Shown one piece after another: positions 52,553 to 61,620 of a DNA stretch of 64,000 bases (position 1 is its first letter; every line of letters starts with the position of its first letter). Below the pieces are notes generated by a model. It did not search any database. It was not told where the DNA came from and worked only from the letters and a program-made list of their open reading frames with translations. The translations under genes and the position numbers were made by a program. This stretch comes from Mobula hypostoma (taxonomy: Eukaryota). The DNA is taken from NCBI RefSeq assembly GCF_963921235.1, contig NC_086097.1, forward strand, positions 161,016,001 to 161,080,000. Direction: 5' to 3'.

Positions 52553-52600
52553 TATGTGTGAATATGATAAAACTGACCTCTAACATTTCCTTCTCCACAG

Positions 52601-52758
52601 CTGGATTCTTGCGAGGCATAAGGCAAAATGGTCCAATGCAAATTGAAGATATTATTGACTGGCACAATGTAGCTTTTCGCTATTTAACAATGAAAGGCCA
52701 GACTGATGGTATGTTTGTAAAGGATTCTTCTCAATTAGAGGGTTGGTTTCATTTCTAG
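52601..52758 (+). CDS. trpn1: TRPN1 C-terminal exon (ends at TAG 52756-52758, or earlier at a phase-1 donor after 52708 or 52741)
   Basis: ttccttctccacag acceptor preceded by ctgac/ctaac branch-like motifs; phase 1; GFLRGIRQNGPMQIEDIIDWHNVAFRYLTMKGQ resembles the NompC-family C-terminal I-E-x-V/I-I-D-W motif. Confidence 0.78.
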
Positions 52759-53308
52759 TAGGTGCTAGGATCTAATTGGTTTATTAGACTGAGATATAGT
52801 GATAAAGTTTGTTTTGCATGTCACCCACCACATCAGTACATCAAGTTAGTATAAGGGAAAAGTTGAAACGTGATATAGTGTCACAATTACAGAGAAGGTG
52901 GTAAGCCATTACATGGTAGATTATGAGATCAGGAGTTCATTTTTATTGTATGAGATCCACTCAACAGACTTCATACATTGAGATCGAGATTGAGCCTGGT
53001 GGAACATACATCCAAGCTATTAAATTTCTACCCAATGAGACAGGGGAGAAGACAAAATATGCAGAATGGGAGGGGTCTTTAATCATGTTGGCTGCTCTTC
53101 CAAGGTAGCAAGAAGTGTAGTCGGAGAGAAGGCTGGTTTTTGGGATTTCTTGAGCTCTGACCACAACTCTCTACAGTTTCTTGAAGTTTTAAGAAAGGTA
53201 TCCTGATGCAAGTAATCTAGAAACTAAACCATAATAGGCACTCATTTTCAGTGAGAGTTTTCTATAAGCATGCTTACAAAGAATATATGCAACTGTATTT
53301 ATGGTTCA

Positions 53309-53490
53309 GCCGTCCGGTGATGTAATGGTGTAATGGCGTCCGCACTGGACTTTGAGGCAAGCGGTCCCAGGTTCAAATCTGGCTGGCTCCTTTCACACTT
53401 TCCATCCTTGCTGGGTTGAGCATTGAGCTAACATCTTGGCCTTGTAAAAGACAGACAAATGCTAAAGAAATGGCAAGATTGCTGCTCAGT
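53309..53490 (+). mobile_element. tRNA-derived SINE, same family as 4157-4368
   Basis: tggtgtaatgg A-box, ggttcaaatc B-box, shared body ctttccatcc.tgctgggttgagc. Confidence 0.75.
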
Positions 53491-56365
53491 GCAGAGTGGA
53501 ACAAAAAGTACTTATGGTTGTTACGTGTAAATGGAATGGAAATTGTAAAAGGCATAGCCCTTGAAATAGCACAATGTCACATTGAAGATGAATAGTTTAA
53601 ACTTAAGTATTTCTCAGCATCCTGAAAATTGCCTTCCATGACCAGCCAGAGGCAGATTATACCAAGTAACATTCACTGCCATTCACAATTTATGGATTAC
53701 AGCATAGACCACAAATTATCAGATTGTGTCTCCTGAAGAAAGAGGAAGTGAAGTATATTGATCATTCTAACCCAAGACTAATTTGTTCTTCTGTTCCTTT
53801 ATTCAATTTTAGATCTATAAATTCTCAATTACTATAAAGGGGGAAAATAAGATCTTCTGTGACAGATTAATTAAAGGTTGCTTCAGCTATAATATTACAA
53901 AATAGATTTCTGTTTTGACCTTTTATATTTTTAGGCCTGGTGTTGATACAGCTCCAGCATGATGAAAGACCAAAGGTCTGTAAGTGTGATTTTGGCACCA
54001 ACTATCAAACTTGACTTGCCAAATCCCGATAACCTCAAAATCATGAGGATTGTAACATTGTTCAGCTATGTGTCTGCGTAACCAGTTAGTGGTTTCTGCA
54101 CCTTTCAAGGTCATCAACCATATATCAAGCAGCTATTCATCGAGTAACGTTAATCAGAGGAGAAGGATCATCATAACCATTGATGTGTAATAAAGTGTGG
54201 TTTTTATTCATTAAGTGATTATTATTTTATTTAAAGGATTTTACATAGCAGTACAATTGCTTAGCAGATCTGTTTTTACTTGGTAAGACAAATGGCAGCA
54301 TGTAATTCTCCCCATTTGGCACCATGTTGCAATGTAACGTGAGACAAATTGAGTCCATCGTGTAGTTATGACAGGCATCTCACTGATTTTAAAGTTCAAA
54401 GTAAACTTACTATCAAAGTATATTTATGTCACCATATACCACCTTGAGATTCATTTGCAAGCCACTGAAATAATGTCCATATTTTCTGTAAGCTGGGAAG
54501 ACAAACCTTCCTCTGAGAAAAATGAAGAAGGAAAATGATGGATTGCAGGGAGGTATGAATGGCTGATATTGAAATATTAGCCATAAAATCAATTTACTCC
54601 CATCATGAAGCAAAAACAGAAAATGCTGGATAAACTCAGCAAATTGGCAGCATCAATGGGGAGAGAAATAGTTATTCTTTTAGATCTGAGGCCCTTTATC
54701 AGAAATGAAAACAGAGAAACAAATTAGTCCAGGCGGCAGAGAAGTTAGTGAATCCGAATGGCCATAATTTATTTTTAATTTTTATTTATTCCCACATCCA
54801 GTCGTCCATATTTCCTTGTTCATTCTATCTTGCTTCATATTTTGCTAGAATTTTATTTCCATTTCTAGGGCACTGAAAAAATGTGTATTTCTAATGCCTC
54901 TTTGATCTGGCCAGAAATGCCATTCTGGACATAACATTTAGTTATCTCCAAATGTAGAAAGCTTTCTGGCAACTGCTGCAAGGTTCCAGCGGGGTAGGTT
55001 AAAATTAAGGTGCATATTGCAACATTTGATTTTTGGGTTAATTTTCTCTTTCCATTTTTTAACCACACTTATTCTGATTGAAGTACCTTCTTCTTTCATA
55101 AAACATGCTTGTTATAAGGCATTTTCCATAAATGCAGGGTGCAGAGAGACCTCACTAATCTCACTGTGCTCCACTTGGTTCTTCACCCTCCCCTCCCCTC
55201 CCATTTCAACAAGTTCACTCACAGAGCTCATCTCCTTCTGATCTTTCTGTAGTCTGCTCAGACTGTTGACCTGTTGTGTCAAAACATGGGTTAGGAGATG
55301 TTCCATCACAGACGTGGTGTAAGTAGACATATTGTGGTTAGTATCAGGGATTGGTGTTGGGAGGGGGGTGGTTAGTAACAAGATTGCTAGAATCATTCCT
55401 CTCCCTGCCTGGTTATTTGGTGCATTCCTCTCCGTAACCACTTAGTTCATCATTTCCCTGGTGCGCTCAAAAACCAGACTAACCCCATGTTCAATGAATT
55501 CTGACTTTCATTAAGGCCAAATGAAATGTTAATTTATAAATAAATAAACAATTTCTTTCTGCAATTTCAACGGTGACTGTCGCTTAGATAAAGCATCGCA
55601 CATTTTGTATGGAGCCTAGATATAGTAGATAGGAAGTATCTATTTCCCTTGCAGAAAATCAATAACACGTGGACTTATACTTAGAATATGAAAAATGAAT
55701 AGGATATTTTCCTCCCAGTAAACTGGGAAGGCACAGACCTCAGAGCCCAAATGGATAGCCAAAGCAAGAACCACCATCACATTTATGCAGCATTCAAATG
55801 CGCCTATGAACTGTCATACAGACCAAAAGCTAGCAAATGGAATGACTGAATGCATCACATGATCATTTAAAGAAACAGGCCAGCATTTTTGTCAAGAGCC
55901 TGCCTGAATTTAAAACTATTTTAATCTGTTTGTTCTACTTTTGTTACTGATATGATTAGTGTGCTTTGTACAAAGATTTTCAATGTTTTTGATAATTTAT
56001 ACAATTGGAGGAATATTTTTGAATTATTTATAGTATCTTCTTATCTAAGATCCTTGTCTACTTTGGAGAAGGAAAATAATTAAAAGCTTAATCTGTACTA
56101 TTATAGAGTAAACTTGCTGCAGTATAAGAAAATGTTTTGTTTAAAGTATGCTGCCATGAATTTGTTAGTAATATCATTAGTGTTTGGTAATTAGTAATAG
56201 GACTAACAAACAACAAGATATTATCGTACTATGGAGATTTTCTCTTGGATTACACTTGTGAACTAATTACCTATGATAAAGTCTTCTTGAAAAAGCGTTC
56301 AAAATTATTTTTTTGTGAAGAATTTGAAAAAGCCTGAATAATGATGAGCTGTGCACATTCTACAT

Positions 56366-56669
56366 GGTAGCTCATAGCGTAGTGGTTAGCATAATGGTTT
56401 ACCATACCTGTGAACAAGGTTAATTCCCCACCACTGTCTGTAAGGAGTTTGTACGTACTCCCCATGACCACATGGGTTTCCTCCAGGTGCTCCAGTTTTC
56501 TCCCACAGTCCGATGACATACAGTCCATGTAAATTGTCCCGTGATTAGACTAAGTCGGAGTAGATCGGAGTAATCAGAGTAAGTCGGATTAGAGTAAATC
56601 AGAGTTCGCTGGGTGGCATGGCTGAAAGAGCCTATTCTGTTCTGTATCTCAATAAATAAATAAAATAAA
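56366..56669 (+). mobile_element. V-SINE (HE1-like) with CR1-derived tail
   Basis: tagcgtagtggttagc A-box, V-domain gggtttcctccaggtgctccagttttctcccacagtcc, tail ggctgaaagagcctattctgttctgta plus (aaat)n. Confidence 0.8.
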
Positions 56670-57974
56670 CTACCTACCCTACCCTTCTTAAGGCAGTGAT
56701 TTGAATTGAAAGTTGAATTGAATGTATTGAATAATACTGGGGTGAAATTGGGTCAGAGCAGTATACAGAATGGCCAAACCAATTTTGTCACATATTAAAG
56801 AACAGCACAATAATTATCTCCATTGAAATCATTAGACATGAATATAGACTGGAGTGACTGTTTTAAAGGTGCAGCCACTGCCAATTTAACCTCAGTCGAA
56901 TTTTACAGTAGTATCTGTTCCTTGCTTGTATCTTCCTCACTCTCTGGTGCTTCCATCTTTAGATCCCTGTGGAGAATGTCAAGGGTCTAAGGGTCTAAGC
57001 ATGCTGAAAAGATCCCTCATTCACTTTCCAAAGTTGTCATGGAGCTCTGGCTGATTGATGACTCTACCTGGCATATTCCTGACCAGCAGAGCTCATTGGA
57101 AGATCTTCCTCTTGCAGAATGCACTTAGTTTTCAATACCTGGATCCAGCAAGGGTTATTTTTTGTGACCCAATCTTAGAGTGTATGGAACGAAGCTGAAG
57201 GTGGGTTTACGCACACAGCAGGTGGAGTCATGGCCGCTCTATTGAAGTAATAACAATACAGGAAGAAGCCAATTCTCCCAAATGAGTGAATGCAGGCTTA
57301 ACAGAGAATGAAATGTTTAATAAATGCAATAAATTTAAGTAAAAAGGAAACCTTGTAATCAAGAAGAATGTAATATAACACAGAAGCAACAGTTGAAGGT
57401 AGAAACATAAACAGGAATGAAAGAGCAGAACAGGGACACACTATAAATAAAGTTGGAAAAAACAAGATGACAGTGAAATGAAACAAAAGACTAAAATTAA
57501 TTACTAGGGAGATACTGGCCAGGTGGATGAAGACAGTTAGAATGAAGTAGGAAACTTGGAGGCAACTGAAATCAGCAGAAGATCTAGTCCACTCTTTCCT
57601 TACCCTGAAGTGAAAAGTTACAATTTTAACTGAAATGGCAGCTGAATTTAACTGAGTTAAGGTCTGTGCAGCTAGTGCTGGGAACAGCTCAGACAGTTTG
57701 GACTAAGTCAGGATGAAAAGCCCAGCTTGAAATTTGACTTCTGGTGCATACAATAAACAAGTTTTATGGTGTATCTTTAATGTACCCTGGCAGTAGTATT
57801 CAGTTCACTGACTTCAAAGAACTGATGACTACAAATTAGAACCATTTAGTGCCTAAATGACATATTAAGATAGTTTTGTGCGTATTTTGATCATGACTAA
57901 TTATGAAGTGAATTTTCTAGGCTTCAATCCTGGGCCCAACATATTGATACAATTACAAAAGAAGCACAACAGTG

Positions 57975-58535
57975 GCTATATTTCATTAGAGGTTTGAGGA
58001 GAATTGATATGTCAGCAAAGACATTCACAAATTTCTACTGAAGTACAGTGGTGAGCATTCTAACTGGTTGCATGACTGTGAGGTATGGAGGGGCCACTGC
58101 TCAGGATCAGAAAAAGCTGCAGGAACTTGTAAACTCACCCACAGCTCCGTCATAGGCACCAACCTCCTCAGCATTCTCGACACCTTTAAAAGGCAATACC
58201 TCAAAAAGGCGGCATCCATCATTAATGACCCCCCTCACACAGGACATGCTTCTCATTGCTGCCATCAGGGAGGAGGTACAGGAGCCTGAAGACACATCGT
58301 CAATATTTCAGGAACAGCTACTTCCCCTCTGCCATCAGATTCCTGAATAGACAATTAACTCATGAACACAACCTCAGCATTTTTTCTCTCTTCTCGCACT
58401 ACTTATTGAATTTATTTTTCATATATACTTTTCATTGTAATTTATAGTTTTTATTGTATAGCAATGTACTGCTGCCATAAAACAACAAATTTCACAACAT
58501 GTGCCAGTGATATTGAATCAGATACTGATTCTGAA
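57975..58535 (+). mobile_element. Decayed Rex1/Babar 3' fragment
   Basis: LPSGRRYRSLKTH...RNSYFPSAIRFLN; typical 3' UTR and ctgattctga tail. Confidence 0.8.
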
Positions 58536-59125
58536 TTTTAGATGGGCAATGAAACACTAAGGGTCTAAGCATGGTAAATATGGTGCAGCTCTTGTAGGCT
58601 GGGAGCAATGGATGTTCTCTTTCCAAGCTGCAAGATAAACCTCGGTGAAGGTAGGATTCCCTTCAGTGAAAGTTCAAGGGAAAGGCCTGTAGAAGTGTTG
58701 AAATTTTAGGAAAAATTGTCACTCACAGTCAGTTTTCTGAATAGTTGGCCACCAATCATATAAGAAGCAGAATGGCCAGAAGTCGTAGTACGTATTGGTG
58801 TCAGTGACAAGGAGGAGGTCCTGAATACAGAATACAGGGAGTTAGGAAGAAAGCTGAGAAGCAGGATCTCAAGGGTAGTTATCTCAAGATTGCTGCCCGT
58901 GCCACGTGACTGTGAGGATAACAATAGAATGAGGTGGTACGGCTGAAGAATTGGAGCAGGGGGCAGGAATTCAGATTTCTGCATAATTGGGACCTCTTCT
59001 GGGGCAGGTCTAGCCTGTACAAATGGTATGGGTTGTACTTGAATCTGAGGGGGACCAATATTCTTGTGGACAGGTTTACCAGAGCTGCTGGGAGTGGTTT
59101 AAACTAATATGATGGGGATGGGAAC

Positions 59126-60397
59126 AACAGGAATTCTGCAGATGCTGGAAATTCAAGCAACATACATCAAAGTTGCTGGTGAACGCAGCAGGCCAAGCAG
59201 CATCTATAGGAAGAGGCGCAGTCGACGTTTCAGTCCGAGACCCTTCGTCAGGACTAACTGAAGGAAGAGTGAGTAAGGGATTTGAAAGCTGGAGGGGGAG
59301 GGGGAGATGCAAAATGATAGGAGAAGACAGGAGGGGGAGGGATAGAGCCGAGAGCTGGACAGGTGATAGGCAAAAGGGGATACGAGAGGATCATGGGACA
59401 GGAGGTCCGGGAAGAAAGACAAGGGGGGGGGGTGACCCAGAGGATGGGCAAGAGGTATATTCAGAGGGACAGAGGGAGAAAAAGGAGAGTGAGAGAAAGA
59501 ATGTGTGTATAAAAATGAGTAACAGATGGGGTACGAGGGGGAGGTGGGGCCTTAGCAGAAGTTAGAGAAGTCAATGTTCATGCCATCAGGTTGGAGGCTA
59601 CCCAGACGGAATATAAGGTGTTGTTCCTCCAACCTGAGTGTGGCTTCATCTTTACAGTAGAGGAGGCCGTGGATAGACATGTCAGAATGGGAATGGGATG
59701 TGGAATTAAAATGTGTGGCCACTGGGAGATCCTGCTTTCTCTGGCGGACAGAGCGTAGATGTTCAGCAAAGCGGTCTCCCAGTCTGCGTCGGGTCTCACC
59801 AATATATAAAAGGCCACATCGGGAGCACCGGACGCAGTATATCACCCCAGTCAACTCACAGGTGAAGTGATGCCTCACCTGGAAGGACTGTTTGGGGCCC
59901 TGAATGGTGGTAAGGGAGGAAGTGTAAGGGCATATGTAGCACTTGTTCCGCTTACACGGATAAGTGCCAGGAGGGAGATCAGTGGGGAGGGATGGGGGGG
60001 ACGAATGGACAAGGGAGTTGTGTAGGGAGCGATCCCTGCGGAATGCAGAGAGAGGTGGGGAGGGAAAGATGTGCTTAGTGGTGGGATCCCGTTGGAGGTG
60101 GCGGAAGTTACGGAGAATAATATGTTGGACCCGGAGGCTGGTGGGGTGGTAGGTGAGGACCAGGGGAACCCTATTCCTAGTGGGGTGGTGGGAGGATGGA
60201 GTGAGAGCAGATGTACGTGAAATGGGGGAGATGCGTTTAAGAGCAGAGTTGATAGTGGAGGAAGGGAAGCCCCTTTCTTTAAAAAATGAAGACATCTCCC
60301 TCGTCCTAGAATGAAAAGCTTCATCCTGAGAGCAGATGCGGCGGAGACGGAGGAATTGCGAGAAGGGGATGGCGTTTTTGCAAGAGACAGGGTGAGA
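59126..60397 (-). mobile_element. Penelope-like element, left arm (RT C-terminus, GIY-YIG endonuclease, complete 3' end)
   Basis: ORF 59552-60406: IPFSQFLRLRRICS...VIYCVRCSRCGLLYIGETRRRLGDRFAEH...LQPDGMN. Confidence 0.95.
59220..59255 (-). ncRNA. Minimal hammerhead ribozyme motif (left arm; one substitution in stem II)
   Basis: Minus strand agtc-CTGACGA-agggtctcggact-GAAA-cg-TC-gact. Confidence 0.7.
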
Positions 60398-60407
60398 CGC
60401 CATCATA

Positions 60408-61620
60408 CAAAAACGCCATCCCCTTCTCGCAATTCCTCCGTCTCCGCCGCATCTGCTCTCAGGATGAGGCTTTTCATTCTAGGACGAGGGAGATGTCTTC
60501 ATTTTTTAAAGAAAGGGGCTTCCCTTCCTCCACTATCAACTCTGCTCTTAAACGCATCTCCCCCATTTCACGTACATCTGCTCTCACTCCATCCTCCCAC
60601 CACCCCACTAGGAATAGGGTTCCCCTGGTCCTCACCTACCACCCCACCAGCCTCCGGGTCCAACATATTATTCTCCGTAACTTCCGCCACCTCCAACGGG
60701 ATCCCACCACTAAGCACATCTTTCCCTCCCCACCTCTCTCTGCATTCCGCAGGGATCGCTCCCTACACAACTCCCTTGTCCATTCGTCCCCCCCATCCCT
60801 CCCCACTGATCTCCCTCCTGGCACTTATCCGTGTAAGCGGAACAAGTGCTACATATGCCCTTACACTTCCTCCCTTACCACCATTCAGGGCCCCAGACAG
60901 TCCTTCCAGGTGAGGCATCACTTCACCTGTGAGTCGACTGGGGTGATATACTGCGTCCGGTGCTCCCGATGTGGCCTTTTATATATTGGTGAGACCCGAC
61001 GCAGACTGGGAGACCGCTTTGCTGAACATCTACGCTCTGTCCGCCAGAGAAAGCAGGATCTCCCAGTGGCCACACATTTTAATTCCACATCCCATTCCCA
61101 TTCTGACATGTCTATCCACGGCCTCCTCTACTGTAAAGATGAAGCCACACTCAGGTTGGAGGAACAACACCTTATATTCCGTCTGGGTAGCCTCCAACCT
61201 GATGGCATGAACATTGACTTCTCTAACTTCCGCTAAGGACCCACCTCCCCCTCGTACCCCATCTGTTACTCATTTTTATGCACACATTCTTTCTCTCACT
61301 CTCCTTTTTCTCCCTCTGTCCCTCTGAATATACCTCTTGCCCATCCTCTGGGTCACCCCCCCCCCTTGTCTTTCTTCCCGGACCTCCTGTCCCATGATCC
61401 TCTCGTATCCCCTTTTGCCTATCACCTGTCCAGCTCTCGGCTCTATCCCTCCCCCTCCTGTCTTCTCCTATCATTTTGCATCTCCCCCTCCCCCTCCAGC
61501 TTTCAAATCCCTTACTCACTCTTCCTTCAGTTAGTCCTGACGAAGGGTCTCGGCCTGAAACGTCGACTGTGCCTCTTCCTATAGATGCTGCGTGGCCTGC
61601 TGCGTTCACCAGCAACTTTG
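60408..61620 (+). mobile_element. Penelope-like element, right arm (inverted copy, lacks last ~40 nt)
   Basis: ORF 60493-61236 differs from the left arm at 3 residues (K/R, L/S, C/R); whole unit flanked by 17-bp TSD atgatggggatgggaac at 59109-59125 and 61621-61637. Confidence 0.95.
61533..61568 (+). ncRNA. Minimal type I hammerhead ribozyme motif with intact core
   Basis: agtc-CTGACGA-agggtctcggcct-GAAA-cg-TC-gact; stem I agtc/gact, 3-4 bp stem II, palindromic ACGT stem III, GUC cleavage triplet ending at 61564. Confidence 0.8.

Noticed and set aside
56550..56606. Short degenerate ~10-bp tandem repeat (gagtaa.tcg/a)
   Set aside because: Local slippage expansion inside a V-SINE; no further structure
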